Counted from the stretch's first letter, positions 47,752-58,620 are shown. The stretch is 64,000 bases of DNA from Ignavibacteriota bacterium (GCA_963811705.1 CAWESL010000007.1:218100-282099); one strand, 5' to 3'. Translations and numbers: made by a program. Notes: generated by a model not told the origin, from the letters alone.

Positions 47752-49038
47752 TCATTCAGGACATGCTTCAACCACATGGCCTGTGGGATCATAGATTCTG
47801 AAATTGCCGCTCACCTGGAGCATTCCGAGCAGATACAGCATCCCGTCGTAGTACCGATACAATCCGGACGGGGTATTCGCATCCCAAAGTTGACGCACGA
47901 ATGTTCTCCTGATATCGAGAGTCGACGCGAGACAGGCCGAGGCATTCATCGCCACAAGCCCGGTGCTATGGTCGTTGCTGAGTTTCGTGCCGCCTAACGA
48001 GTACTGGTTGCCATAACTCTCCTCTCCCTGAGAGTGAAAGAAGGAGAGCAGCCGGTTCGACCGATTCACCTCTCCCCGGTCTTTCGCAAACCAGACCCAG
48101 TCGATGGCCTGATTCATTCCCACGCGCCACGCGTCGAAGCGGAAATCGTTGTGCTGCCCCGGCCAGGACACCACTGGAGTCCCGTCAAAGTTGCAATAGT
48201 CCGGCGAGAGCCCGGTTGCGGTATCGGCGGTCCTGTTCAGGAGGGTCCGGCTCGCAGATGCTGCGTCGCACCAGAACCCGTTGTCCAGGGCGGCCCAACG
48301 GGCCCACAACTCATAGAAGTGGGGAGTCTGATAGGACGGGTCGGAGAAATGATCGGCGTTTTTCGATGGAACAAAGGCGACGAGATGATGTCGGGCATTG
48401 AACATGTTGGAGACCGATCCATGACCGGGCTCGGATTCTTTGTGGAGCATCGTCTGCAGGATGGACTCCGCTTCGTGCCGGTAGTCGTAAATTCCCTGCC
48501 CGTCCCCCCACCGCGCAGAGGCGAAGAACAACGACATCACAAACCACTCTTCCCCGTCGGATGCAGCCGTCGAATCCAGAATTGCCCCTTCGTTGGTGCA
48601 GTGCCATGCAAAATACCCTCTGTGCGGGCCTTCCTTCATCTGCATGTACGTTGTCGCCCACTTCCACAACCGGTCAAAAACATCCCGCCTGCCCAGCTGA
48701 ACGGCGATCATCATTCCATACGACATGCCCTCGGTGCGGACATCTTTGTTGGCGACATCGAGAACGTAGGCCATATCCTGCCCGGCCGGATAGTACACCC
48801 GCTGGGTACGGTCGTCGCCGAAGAACAACTGCTCGAATGCCGAATCAATCTTTTCGTTCACTTGGGCGGAACGCATTCCCAGCAGTTCGACGAACAAATT
48901 GGGATAGCTTCGGGTATAGTACGCGCCCTGCGCCTTCGCCTGCGGGAACGTTCGGAGCGAATCCTGTCCGAGAGCCGTCCCGGTATGTCCGGCGGCAAGG
49001 AGGAGGACACCAATGCAAAAGATCGCTGAGATCTTCAT
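47752..49038 (-). CDS. GH8 family glycoside hydrolase (reducing-end xylose-releasing exo-oligoxylanase-like)
   Basis: GH8 signature TEGMSYGMM and an (alpha/alpha)6 pattern. Signal peptide. Confidence 0.7.
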   Translation of the reverse strand: MKISAIFCIGVLLLAAGHTGTALGQDSLRTFPQAKAQGAYYTRSYPNLFVELLGMRSAQVNEKIDSAFEQLFFGDDRTQRVYYPAGQDMAYVLDVANKDVRTEGMSYGMMIAVQLGRRDVFDRLWKWATTYMQMKEGPHRGYFAWHCTNEGAILDSTAASDGEEWFVMSLFFASARWGDGQGIYDYRHEAESILQTMLHKESEPGHGSVSNMFNARHHLVAFVPSKNADHFSDPSYQTPHFYELWARWAALDNGFWCDAASASRTLLNRTADTATGLSPDYCNFDGTPVVSWPGQHNDFRFDAWRVGMNQAIDWVWFAKDRGEVNRSNRLLSFFHSQGEESYGNQYSLGGTKLSNDHSTGLVAMNASACLASTLDIRRTFVRQLWDANTPSGLYRYYDGMLYLLGMLQVSGNFRIYDPTGHVVEACPE

Positions 49039-49113
49039 GAGAGTATGCCTGTGCGTTGTTCCTGAAGGAGGACTTCTGCAGGAAGAAGAAACTCGTCGGT
49101 GTGACGTTTGTCC

Positions 49114-50871
49114 TTATTTCATTAAAATCATGGAGCGCGTTGCAGCAATGCCACCGGAGGTCAATTGATACACATAGATGCCACTCGCGAGTCTCGTTCC
49201 GTCGAAACGGATTTGATACGTGCCGGCGGCCTGCGTTTCGTTGACCAGCGTTGCTACTTCCCGGCCGAGAACATCATAAACAACAAGCCGCACGCTCCTG
49301 GCGCCTGTCGCCCGAAGGCTCATCGCCGGAACGGTATATCGAATGACTGTCGTCGGATTGAACGGGTTTGGATAATTCTGGTCGAGCACGAACGTCAACG
49401 GGGCGTCGTCTCCTGCGCCCGGTATGCCATTCACCGTTTTCGTCAACCCGTTGATCGCCGCCTGGAGGCTGTCCACGGCTTTCCCCAGGGCGGTATCCGC
49501 CGAAACAGAGACGGAATATGCGCTGTCGCGCGCAGCCGTGGATGCGGTGAGCATGGTTGCGAAGTGTGACCAGGAATCTGTCGTATAGTCGCTCTGCTTC
49601 AACGTATCGGCGAAGGTGATCAGGGAGTCGAGCGTATTGTAATGCATCCCCACGTCGACCACCGCGAAGAATGCCGGTTTGCATTTGTTCTGCGCGTCCC
49701 ACAGCGACGTAGCCTGATTCGCAACAAAGGTGTAGGCATCGTTCAAGCCGTCTTTTGAGACGCTGATGATCTTTCCCCGCCCCGAGAGCGCGCTGCGTTC
49801 GACGAAACACTTGAAGAGCATCCCGTATTGATTCGCCTGCCGGGCGAGCACGGCGCTCGATGGATTGGCAACGCCGGTCGCGACATCCAGCTCCGTGACA
49901 GACATTTCGCTGCAGATCGGAGCAAATTTGTTATAGGTGGCGATGAATGCCTGGGCGGTCGGATAGGAGAGACTGTTATGCTCCTGCATGCCGATTCCGT
50001 CAAGCAACCCGGCTTGAAAGATCGGAGTGCAAAGCCGGACGATCCCATCGGCCTTCTTCGGCGTGTCCGTATTGTAGTCGTTGTAATATAGTTTGATCTG
50101 GTTCTCGCCATACTGGAGAGTGTACTTGCGGGCGATTTCAAATGCCTTCATAACATATGTTGTGTCGCCAAATGTCGTGTACCAGTCGTTCCCCGACCTT
50201 CTCACCATGCCCGTGTTATCGTCGATCGCTTCATTCACGACATCCATCGCCACGAGCAGGCCTGGCCAGCCTTCATGAATGAGCCGGAACACTTCATGCA
50301 TGTAGTTGTCCATTCGCAGGATCATCGTGTCTTTCGACACCCGGCCTCCGGAAGCGGAGTATCCTGTCAGGAAGAATGCCGCCGGTGTCTGATTATGCCA
50401 GACGAGCGTATGCCCCCGAAAGGTAAATCCCTGACGTGCCGCCCAGTTGAGCTGGGCGATCATGTCGCCGTTGAACGCCACGATGGGGTGAATATTGATG
50501 GAGTCCTTCGCTGGCTGTGTTGTTGCGGCGGCATAGGCTGCGGCGGAACTCGTGATATTCACCGTGTACATCGGCTTCATATTGTTGCCCGGGGACATAT
50601 TATTCATGTGGAACTTGATCAGGTACCCGCCGTTCGGCGTAGCGACGGCCGACTGGCCGGGGACGGGCGGATCGGTCGGGAACCCGATATTCCTGTAGGA
50701 AAGAAGGCAGCCGATTCTGAAATCCTTTGCAAAGACATTCTTGAGTTGCGGCACAGTGGTCTGAATGGTGTCCGATTGGGCGAACCCCTGGACAACTGCT
50801 CCTCCCACGAAGGCGAGTGCAAGAAGGAAGGCGAGGGAAACTCGAACGGAGCGAACGAAAGTGTTTTTCAT
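49114..50871 (-). CDS. GH10 endo-1,4-beta-xylanase with T9SS C-terminal sorting domain
   Basis: HTLVWHNQTP, MDVVNEA and VTELDV GH10 motifs. CTD FVLDQNYPNPFNPTTVIRY...VYVYQLTSGGIAATRSMILMK. Start set at the internal Met MKNTFVRS (signal peptide). Confidence 0.8.
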   Translation of the reverse strand: MKNTFVRSVRVSLAFLLALAFVGGAVVQGFAQSDTIQTTVPQLKNVFAKDFRIGCLLSYRNIGFPTDPPVPGQSAVATPNGGYLIKFHMNNMSPGNNMKPMYTVNITSSAAAYAAATTQPAKDSINIHPIVAFNGDMIAQLNWAARQGFTFRGHTLVWHNQTPAAFFLTGYSASGGRVSKDTMILRMDNYMHEVFRLIHEGWPGLLVAMDVVNEAIDDNTGMVRRSGNDWYTTFGDTTYVMKAFEIARKYTLQYGENQIKLYYNDYNTDTPKKADGIVRLCTPIFQAGLLDGIGMQEHNSLSYPTAQAFIATYNKFAPICSEMSVTELDVATGVANPSSAVLARQANQYGMLFKCFVERSALSGRGKIISVSKDGLNDAYTFVANQATSLWDAQNKCKPAFFAVVDVGMHYNTLDSLITFADTLKQSDYTTDSWSHFATMLTASTAARDSAYSVSVSADTALGKAVDSLQAAINGLTKTVNGIPGAGDDAPLTFVLDQNYPNPFNPTTVIRYTVPAMSLRATGARSVRLVVYDVLGREVATLVNETQAAGTYQIRFDGTRLASGIYVYQLTSGGIAATRSMILMK

Positions 50872-50888
50872 GGGCGATAGGACTCTTT

Positions 50889-52778
50889 TTAGTTTGAGAC
50901 GAATGTCGTAATGCTCGACGGGTCGAGCGTAGCCTGGAAGCTTCCGTGGACAGTCGGGATGTCGGTTCCCCGGGTGCAGTTTTTCGCGATCGACGTTGTA
51001 TAAGACGAAAACGACGCCGCGGGCCCGTTTGCCATGACAAAGCCTTGTTGGATCGGCGACGACCCGGTGTTTATCGCGACGATGACAATCTTCGAAGTGG
51101 TGCCGTCTCGGTATGCCGAGATCCAGACATTCCGCTGGGGAGTGGCGAAGCAGCCGATCCTCGTATATCCCGGGCGTACGAACTTCGCGAATTGCGACAT
51201 AACATAACCGCGCTTGGTCACGGTCCCGTCCTCGGCGATCGGTCCATAGTACCTCACGATGTACCACCAGACGTACGCATTCATGCCGGCGTTCAGGCAA
51301 TCATGGATTTCCTTCCCGGTTGCGAGGACCGCCGACCAGCTCGTGTCAAGCACCAGATGTTCCGTCATCCAGAAGTCTTTTCCTTTGCTGACGGCAAGAG
51401 GATACGGACCGAGCCCTCCGCCGTAGATATGTCCGGCGATGATGGATAAATTCGCTGCTGCCGCAGAATCATTCAGCGTCGGGTCAGACAATGCGTGGAC
51501 GAAATTCTGGGATTCCGGCATCATCACCCTGGTCCCGATGGACCCGGCATTATTCTTGGTGAACTTCAGGAACTGCGCGCCATTCCAACTGCACGACTCG
51601 TACGTGACGTTGGCGTCCGGTTCATTCTGCAGCGATACGGCATACAAGGGCACGCCATTCCCTGCCATGTAGTCGGCGAAGTTCCTGAGGTGCGCGGCAT
51701 AGGATGCGTAGGACGAATCGTTGAGCACCCCCGCAACGATACTGTCACTGCTTTTCATCGCCGGCGGAGGGGTCCACGGCGTCGCGAAAACAATGGCGCC
51801 GAGCGATTGCGCAAGCGTCGCCGTCGGCAGGTTTGCACTGAACTCGCTCACGTTATCCGTGAAGGGGATCCGCAGGCGAAGGATCGTCAGCCCGATCTGA
51901 CCGGGCCCTGTCCCGAATGCCGTTTGAACCTGGGCGGAGGTCATGTCGGGCCGCCAGGGCAGAATATTCGCTCCTCCAAATCCCCGGATCGTCTGGAGCA
52001 CGCTGTCCAGCACCACTCGCGAAGTCGGTATCGCGACCTGTGCATTCACAACGAAGTCCAATGTGGTATCGCTTTCGACGACAACATTGTCAAATTCGGC
52101 GGGAAGCACATTTGGCGAAGTTCCGACCGCCGTGTCTATGCGCACGGAGAATGCCGTCGCTGACACTGTCCGCAGGATTCCTGGGGCCGTGTTTGGTGCC
52201 GGCAACCCAAGGGGGATTTGCAGCGAGGGGACACCGCCGTTTCCTTCGCCGAAGACCATCTTCCTTGTCTGCATTTCGTTCCCTGCCTGCAGACTATAGA
52301 AATAGACACCGGCAGCCACCCGGTGCCCGCTGCCATTGTTGCCGTCCCAAAGAACGCTATGCGTGCCCGGTGACTGGGTCCCGGAACGCATTGAACGTAT
52401 CACCCTCCCGAGAATGTCATAGATCGTGACTTTGATATCCTCTTGCGTCTTGAGCTTGTATGGGATGGCCGTCGACGTCATAAACGGGTTCGGATAGTTC
52501 TGCTCGAGTTCAAATTTGGCCGGCAGAGTATTGGCAGGCATAACGGAAGTGAGGGAGAGTTGCATCTGGTATTTTCCCGTCGAGTCCGTACGCACAGAAG
52601 TAGCGTTCGTCGGATTCGCGGTCTGCGCAAAGGTGATAGAGGCATTTCGCACTGGTGCAGTCGACGTCGTCACGCTGCCTTCCACGACGACAGTCTGGGC
52701 GGAGACGATGGCGGGAGGCAGTGCCAGGCCAAGGCAAAGGGCCATGAGGATCAGGCGGCCGAAGGAAAGCTTTGTCAT
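50889..52778 (-). CDS. GH30 (subfamily-8-like glucuronoxylanase) fused downstream of an N-terminal Ig-like domain and an internal T9SS-CTD-like domain
   Basis: Signal peptide, then a CarbopepD_reg-like beta-sandwich, then a CTD-like block (KFELEQNYPNPFMTSTAIPYKL...VTIYDILGRVIRSM...GVYFYSLQAGNEMQTRKMVF), then GH30 motifs GFGGANI, SLQNEPD and WMTEH. Single continuous ORF. Confidence 0.6.
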   Translation of the reverse strand: MTKLSFGRLILMALCLGLALPPAIVSAQTVVVEGSVTTSTAPVRNASITFAQTANPTNATSVRTDSTGKYQMQLSLTSVMPANTLPAKFELEQNYPNPFMTSTAIPYKLKTQEDIKVTIYDILGRVIRSMRSGTQSPGTHSVLWDGNNGSGHRVAAGVYFYSLQAGNEMQTRKMVFGEGNGGVPSLQIPLGLPAPNTAPGILRTVSATAFSVRIDTAVGTSPNVLPAEFDNVVVESDTTLDFVVNAQVAIPTSRVVLDSVLQTIRGFGGANILPWRPDMTSAQVQTAFGTGPGQIGLTILRLRIPFTDNVSEFSANLPTATLAQSLGAIVFATPWTPPPAMKSSDSIVAGVLNDSSYASYAAHLRNFADYMAGNGVPLYAVSLQNEPDANVTYESCSWNGAQFLKFTKNNAGSIGTRVMMPESQNFVHALSDPTLNDSAAAANLSIIAGHIYGGGLGPYPLAVSKGKDFWMTEHLVLDTSWSAVLATGKEIHDCLNAGMNAYVWWYIVRYYGPIAEDGTVTKRGYVMSQFAKFVRPGYTRIGCFATPQRNVWISAYRDGTTSKIVIVAINTGSSPIQQGFVMANGPAASFSSYTTSIAKNCTRGTDIPTVHGSFQATLDPSSITTFVSN

Positions 52779-52959
52779 CTGGTTGCAGTCGCCGCTGAAC
52801 AGGCAGGATTCATGGCGGGGAGTCATGTTCACAATGTCCTTTGCGCATCTCCAATGGTTTTTCAATTCCCCTGTTTCAATGATGCCATGGGGCAGAACTT
52901 TTCGATTTGGTTTCTGAGATGACGAGGGTGGGATGGGGAATGCCTCCTCCGCACTCGCC

Positions 52960-54648
52960 TTATTTGTATGTATAGAGTCGCACCTTTTGAATGCCGAACG
53001 TGCTCCCGGGAAGATTGAGATGTCTTCCCTGATGGTCTTCATCGCCGTTCAAGCGACGTCCCGCACTCCATCTTCCGTTTATGATGTTCCCTTCCTCGAT
53101 GCTCTCGATCCCTGCGGTTGAGCCGTCAGCGGAAGAGGGCCTGAACGTGACCACCACGCCGCTTCCCGCAACATAGTACTCGTTGCTTCCCGTCATGATA
53201 ATCAGCCCGCCGTATCGGGGGACGCTCCCTTCGACCCTCGCCGCATAAGGCCAGGAGTATTCGTGTTTCACCGTAAAGGTGAACTTCCCGAGAGTGATTT
53301 CCTCCGTCTGGGCAGCGCTGTCGAGGAGAAACCCGGCCATTGTCCCCGTGCCCTGGTGCTCGAGGATCAGCGGCGTGAGGGAGCGCAGAATACCGTATGC
53401 GCGGCCGATATGTCGGACCAGGACGCTGTCCGCTGATTCGATGGAGAATGGATCGTACCCCATGGCATTGTGCGCGCCAAAAGCGAAGAAGGCATTGGTA
53501 AGACTCTGATGGCGGTCCACCTCGGGGACAAAGACGGCGTTCCCGTCACGATCATATTTCCCCAGCCATTCGGCAAAGCTCGGGAAATAGATGTCGGGAG
53601 CAAGAAAGTCGATACGCGGTGCAGCCGCTCGCCACACGTCCATCAGGTGAGGAAGCGGACCGGCACTGGGATATTGCCCGGGTCTGTAATTGGGACGAAT
53701 CAGGGCGGCGTTGACATACATCGGGAGCGGGTATTCTGCTTTTCCCGCTGCCGCGACAGAATCTGTATAGACGGCAAAGCTCCACGCCATGAAAATTTCG
53801 TCAGTCGCCAGCCCGGTACCGAAGACCTGTTCCCACGTCCCCGTCGTCTTCATCCCCTGACTGGCCCAGGCCTTTCCTACTGCTTCATTCATCGCACTCT
53901 TGTTGTTTTGAAGATCGGCCAGGAGCTGTTGCGGAACCGGTTGCCCGAACGCGTGTTCGGCCTCCACACAATAGTCACGTGCCTGGGGAATCATCCCGAT
54001 TTCGTTCTCCACCTGGACCATGATGACGGTATTTTGCACCGCATCGACGGCGCGGAGATGCTTCATCAAAGCGGAGAACGCCCTTGCATCGGCATTCCTG
54101 TTTGCGGCGCTGAAGGGGGTGAGAATCTCCAGTGCGCGCCCTTCCTTCGTCCGCGCACGCGGAAACCGCTCCTGGTTGGTTTTCACCCAGGATGGAGCGT
54201 AGCAGGACATGCTGTTTTTCCACGAACCAAACCAGAGGACGACGATCTTCAAGTCGTAGTGCCGGGCGGACGCGATCAGCTTGTCCAGGAGCGCGAAGTC
54301 AAATCTGCCCTCCCGCGGCTCGATGAGCTCCCAGTACACGGGCATCAGGATGGTGTTGAGGTTCATCGCCCTGAGCTTCGGCCACATCGGTTCGATGTAC
54401 TTCGTATCCGACGCGCTCGAATTTCCAAGCTCGCCGCCGATGATGAGATAAGGCTTGTTATGGACGATCAGCTGGGTCGCCGTTCCTTGCTTCTGCAAAT
54501 GAGGGAGTGCGAGCGAAGATTGTGCCAGAGCGGACGAAACCGAGAGCGCAACCGCCAGGAACGCCGCAATGCCGATCCGGCCTGCGTGCAAACCCGGGGG
54601 CACCCTTCCCCATCCGAGGACTCTCCGGAAGATTCTCATCGCGGGCAT
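52960..54648 (-). CDS. GH-A clan glycoside hydrolase, GH35/GH42-like with DUF5597-type C-terminal domain
   Basis: N-terminal TIM-barrel region NTILMPVYWELIEPREGRFDF...VQVENEIG resembling GH35/42. Start chosen at an internal Met with signal peptide. Confidence 0.45.
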   Translation of the reverse strand: MPAMRIFRRVLGWGRVPPGLHAGRIGIAAFLAVALSVSSALAQSSLALPHLQKQGTATQLIVHNKPYLIIGGELGNSSASDTKYIEPMWPKLRAMNLNTILMPVYWELIEPREGRFDFALLDKLIASARHYDLKIVVLWFGSWKNSMSCYAPSWVKTNQERFPRARTKEGRALEILTPFSAANRNADARAFSALMKHLRAVDAVQNTVIMVQVENEIGMIPQARDYCVEAEHAFGQPVPQQLLADLQNNKSAMNEAVGKAWASQGMKTTGTWEQVFGTGLATDEIFMAWSFAVYTDSVAAAGKAEYPLPMYVNAALIRPNYRPGQYPSAGPLPHLMDVWRAAAPRIDFLAPDIYFPSFAEWLGKYDRDGNAVFVPEVDRHQSLTNAFFAFGAHNAMGYDPFSIESADSVLVRHIGRAYGILRSLTPLILEHQGTGTMAGFLLDSAAQTEEITLGKFTFTVKHEYSWPYAARVEGSVPRYGGLIIMTGSNEYYVAGSGVVVTFRPSSADGSTAGIESIEEGNIINGRWSAGRRLNGDEDHQGRHLNLPGSTFGIQKVRLYTYK

Positions 54649-54777
54649 TGTCCCTCCGGGGAGACCGATTTCTTGAGAGTTGTGATCCGGTTGTGCCACA
54701 CCGTTCTTTCGGGAGACAGGAATAAAAATGCGGCCCGCCCAGAGTGGCAGACGGGCCGCATTTCTCGGGTTACGAGA

Positions 54778-57700
54778 TTACTTCATCAACAGCAGCTTCT
54801 TCACGGAGGTGTAGTTGGCCGAGCCATCCGCACTCTTCGCGGTCAACCGGTAGAAGTAGACACCGGTACTGACATTTGTCGCATTCCATACGACACGGTA
54901 TCTGCTTGCCGACTGCACGCCGTCGACCAATGTCGCCACCACGCGACCAAGAACGTCATAGATGACGAGTTTCACCTTGGCGGCCTTGGGAACGTCATAG
55001 CTGATTGTCGTCGTCGGGTTGAACGGGTTCGGATAGTTCTGCGCGAGATTGAACACGCTCGGGAGCACTTCCGTCGGTTCAACGGCAAGCAACGTTCCGG
55101 TCGTGAACAGCCTCGCGGTCGAATACGCGCTCGCACCGCCGATATTCTGGGCATTCATGCGCCAGTAGTAATCCGTATTCTCCAACAGGGGAGCACTGAG
55201 GGTTACCACTGTATCGAGGGCGACCGTGGTATCGGCCACCACCGTGGCGAAGGCATTGTCTGTCGCGACCTGAACACGATATTTCGTCGCATTCAGGACA
55301 GGACCCCAGACAAATCGCGTCAGACGGTTGACGCTGACCGCAGCACTTGCGGGCAACACCGCCGAAGGCACCGCAGGAGCAGCCACGACGGTCGTGAACG
55401 TATTGGCGCCGGTGAAGTAGCTCGTCCCACCAGCGTTGATGGCCTCGACCTTCCAGGTGTAGTTGGTGAGTCGCGCGAGGTTCCTGACGAGGTACGTCGT
55501 GTCCGAGATTCCGGAATAGGTGACTGTGGAGTTGACGGTTGAGAGCTGCAGATTATAGGTTGCCGCAGTGTTCACCATTCTCCAGGCAAAGAGAACGCTA
55601 TCCGTAATCACGTTCTGCGCACTGTTCGCCGGCGCAACGAGCGTCGTTCTCGCGGGCGGAGTCATGATCGTGAACGTATCGATGGCAGAGAACGCAGACT
55701 GTCCGAGATCGTTCATTCCGCGCACGCGCAAATAGAACGTCTGACCACCCGTGAACTGCCCCGGGTAAGTCGTGTCTGCCGTTGAATCGTTCGTGAAGAA
55801 CGTCGCGAAGGATGGAAACGTCGAAACCTGCCACTGGTAACGGGATGCATCAGCCGTCTTATTCACCACCAGGGTAAGATTCGACGGCCAACCTGTGGCG
55901 CCGCCCGAAAGCGGGTCTTTGACAACCACAGATTGAATGTCGGAGGCAGCCCAGCCAATGTGACTTATTGCCGCTCCGACCCCATAACCTTCGAAGTTCT
56001 CCGACGGACCCATACCACCCGTTGTGTCGACAAGTGTTACGTTGTCGGCATACCAGATCGTCGGGACTCCGGTACCACCGACGTTCCCCGTCCCCGCACA
56101 ATTGAAGCCAAAGTCAACATAGATGGTATCATGCAGTGTGGTGGCGTTCTTGATATCGACCGTAATATTCTCCCACCCTGTGGAACCCATGAGGGAACGG
56201 GTATACGCGCCAAGACGATTGCTCGTGTTATCATAGGCGTGACCTGTCGGCATTGTCTGGAACGCTTCCACAACAATGTCCTTATAGCCAACGTCTCCCT
56301 GCGCAAAGTAACCCCTGAACGTCAGGGAGCCGTAATACGACAGCGGTTTTCCAGCCGGGAGGATAAATCGTAGAACCGGCGCGGCATTATAGTTGCCGAC
56401 TGTATTTTTCAGGACCTTGGAAACAGAAGAAGGCGTAACAATGGTGGGAACTTCCGCTGCCGCGGCACCTGCCGTCGTGAAATTGTCGGCAGTGGTGTAG
56501 TCGCTGGTGAAACCACCGTTGACCGCTGCGACACGCCAGTAGTACTTTGTGGCGGCGCCAAGGGAATAGGCATAGCTGGTGCCGGACACCATGGCATCGA
56601 CTGCCATAAGCTTCTTGTTCGCAAATGTCGGATCCATGGATACCTGGACATTATATCCCAGGGCATCCGTGGCCGCATCCCACTTCAACGTATCCATCGC
56701 TGCGACAGAGGTCGCGCCATTGGCCGGGGATTGGAGGGTCGGCATGTTCGGAATGGCCGAACCTTCCTTGACCGTCCAGTAGCGGTCGACAGCGAGTCCT
56801 GTGTAGCTTGCGGTCGTGCCATCAGGCCACTTCACATCAACCCGGTCGATGGACGTATTGATTCCGGTGCCGAAGAGGGCCCGCATTTCGCCGTGCCCCG
56901 CAGCGTTCCCTTCGCCCTTGATGTAGCGGGTCTGTTTGAAGGTACCACCCTGGGTATACAGGGTGAAGACGGCCCCGATGGCGTTCATATTATGACCCGT
57001 ACCGACTGGCGTGAAACCAATCCAGTGATTCGAGTTGCCACTGTTTTTCTGCAGCACCGAATTGAGCCCGGTGTAATTGTAAATATCCAGGAAGCCGTCG
57101 TTGTTATAGTCCACAAAGCCTCCCGCGCGCCCGCCCCCGGCGGTCGCAACGTAATCCTGTGTTGTAACCTCCGTGTACGTGCCATTGCCGTTCCCCCGGA
57201 ACAACCGTGTGGTCCCGAAGGTCGTGCTTGCGTAGACATCCGGGATTCCGTCGTTGTTGTAGTCGCCGATGTCCCATGCCCGGATGCTGCCTGAGGTCGG
57301 CAGTCCCGAGTCAACGACGTTTGTCCCGTTCCACTTGTACGTGAATGTGCCGTCTCCCTTTCCGTACACAACTACGATACCGACGGCACGGCCCAGGCCA
57401 TCAATGTTTCTGGCCTCTGTGCCGGTCAGAATCAGATCCACGTTGCCGTCGTTGTTGAGATCTCCCCAAGTGCTGCCGATGGCATTGAAGTGACGCACGG
57501 TATCATCAACGATGATACCCGTATCGGCCACTGCTCTGCTGTACATGACTCCGGCCGCTGAGATAGAATCGATGTTGTAGAGGGTTCGGCCGACGGTTGC
57601 TGCGTTCGGAACGTAGAATTTACCGGTCCCGTCGTTCAAATACAGAATGCATCCCTTGCGGGCGCCGATGGTGTCAACCTGAATGTCAAACGCGTTATAC

Positions 57701-58434
57701 CCATGGCGGAAACTCGGCATGAACAGATCCTGATAGCCATCATTATTCGCATCGAGGAAGTGAACATCCCAGGTCTCAAAGGCACGGGTGGTATCGATGG
57801 CAAGATTGCCCGCCGTTGCGCCCTTTCCTGCTCGCGTGAAGCCGGAGGGACCGCCCTTCAGCAACTCGATACCGGTGTTCTTCGGGAGAATGGCGCCATC
57901 AGCCCAGGTTCCCGATCCAAAATAGGCCCATGCAGCGCTCAGGTAGTTGCTGTGATCGATGTCTGCAACTGCCATGCCCTGGAAGACGCTCCCCGTCGCT
58001 CCTGCGCTCGCAAGGTCGCCTGTCCCGGTCGGGACAACAAAGACTCCGGCGCTGTCATAAAAGAGACCCGTTTGCGGTGCGCCGTTATTCGTCGACCACA
58101 GATCAGGCACGCCATCGCCATTGATATCCGCGAAGAGGCCGCCGACTGAGTTCACACTCCCTGTCAGAGGTGCCACCGCTGTGGACGCTATCGGAGTAAA
58201 AAACGTGAGGTGATTCAGCAACACATTGTTCGGCGGAATGAAAACATCCTGCGTGCCGTCGCCGTTGATATCCAGCCATGCGAACCCGCCGTTTGAAGCG
58301 CCGTTCGGCGGAGTAACGGCAGGTCCAGCAGAGAACACGACTTCCTGGGCAACCAGAGAGGTTACCCCCAGGAAGAGGAGAAGTGCCCCTGCTAAACCAA
58401 GAGAGAAGAACTTGCTCATAAGACCTCCGCTCAT
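54778..58434 (-). CDS. FG-GAP/VCBS repeat plus ASPIC/UnbV domain protein with Fn3 repeats and T9SS CTD
   Basis: 1218 aa. Repeated DxNGDGxxD FG-GAP-like calcium-binding motifs, an UnbV_ASPIC-like segment (VDVKWPDGTTASYTG), several Fn3-like repeats and the CTD VFNLAQNYPNPFNPTTTISY...VYFYRLTAKSADG. Confidence 0.6.
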   Translation of the reverse strand: MSGGLMSKFFSLGLAGALLLFLGVTSLVAQEVVFSAGPAVTPPNGASNGGFAWLDINGDGTQDVFIPPNNVLLNHLTFFTPIASTAVAPLTGSVNSVGGLFADINGDGVPDLWSTNNGAPQTGLFYDSAGVFVVPTGTGDLASAGATGSVFQGMAVADIDHSNYLSAAWAYFGSGTWADGAILPKNTGIELLKGGPSGFTRAGKGATAGNLAIDTTRAFETWDVHFLDANNDGYQDLFMPSFRHGYNAFDIQVDTIGARKGCILYLNDGTGKFYVPNAATVGRTLYNIDSISAAGVMYSRAVADTGIIVDDTVRHFNAIGSTWGDLNNDGNVDLILTGTEARNIDGLGRAVGIVVVYGKGDGTFTYKWNGTNVVDSGLPTSGSIRAWDIGDYNNDGIPDVYASTTFGTTRLFRGNGNGTYTEVTTQDYVATAGGGRAGGFVDYNNDGFLDIYNYTGLNSVLQKNSGNSNHWIGFTPVGTGHNMNAIGAVFTLYTQGGTFKQTRYIKGEGNAAGHGEMRALFGTGINTSIDRVDVKWPDGTTASYTGLAVDRYWTVKEGSAIPNMPTLQSPANGATSVAAMDTLKWDAATDALGYNVQVSMDPTFANKKLMAVDAMVSGTSYAYSLGAATKYYWRVAAVNGGFTSDYTTADNFTTAGAAAAEVPTIVTPSSVSKVLKNTVGNYNAAPVLRFILPAGKPLSYYGSLTFRGYFAQGDVGYKDIVVEAFQTMPTGHAYDNTSNRLGAYTRSLMGSTGWENITVDIKNATTLHDTIYVDFGFNCAGTGNVGGTGVPTIWYADNVTLVDTTGGMGPSENFEGYGVGAAISHIGWAASDIQSVVVKDPLSGGATGWPSNLTLVVNKTADASRYQWQVSTFPSFATFFTNDSTADTTYPGQFTGGQTFYLRVRGMNDLGQSAFSAIDTFTIMTPPARTTLVAPANSAQNVITDSVLFAWRMVNTAATYNLQLSTVNSTVTYSGISDTTYLVRNLARLTNYTWKVEAINAGGTSYFTGANTFTTVVAAPAVPSAVLPASAAVSVNRLTRFVWGPVLNATKYRVQVATDNAFATVVADTTVALDTVVTLSAPLLENTDYYWRMNAQNIGGASAYSTARLFTTGTLLAVEPTEVLPSVFNLAQNYPNPFNPTTTISYDVPKAAKVKLVIYDVLGRVVATLVDGVQSASRYRVVWNATNVSTGVYFYRLTAKSADGSANYTSVKKLLLMK

Positions 58435-58620
58435 AGATGTTGATGGAGTTCTGGAAGTTGAAGGTGCTGCGTCGTGCTTTACGGAAAGTCAGACGTCGGA
58501 CAGAATCACCTCCTTCCGGGTCGATCGTCAATGGAATTAACCGTCACGGAACTGAGACTCTTCGCCCAGGAACACTGGGCGCCGTGCCGATCCCTTTTCC
58601 GGGATCGGCACGGCGGTTGA

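Noticed and set aside
53470-55542. 690-aa plus-strand ORF
   Set aside because: Antisense across the GH35-like and FG-GAP genes. Arg-rich, no domains. Spurious.
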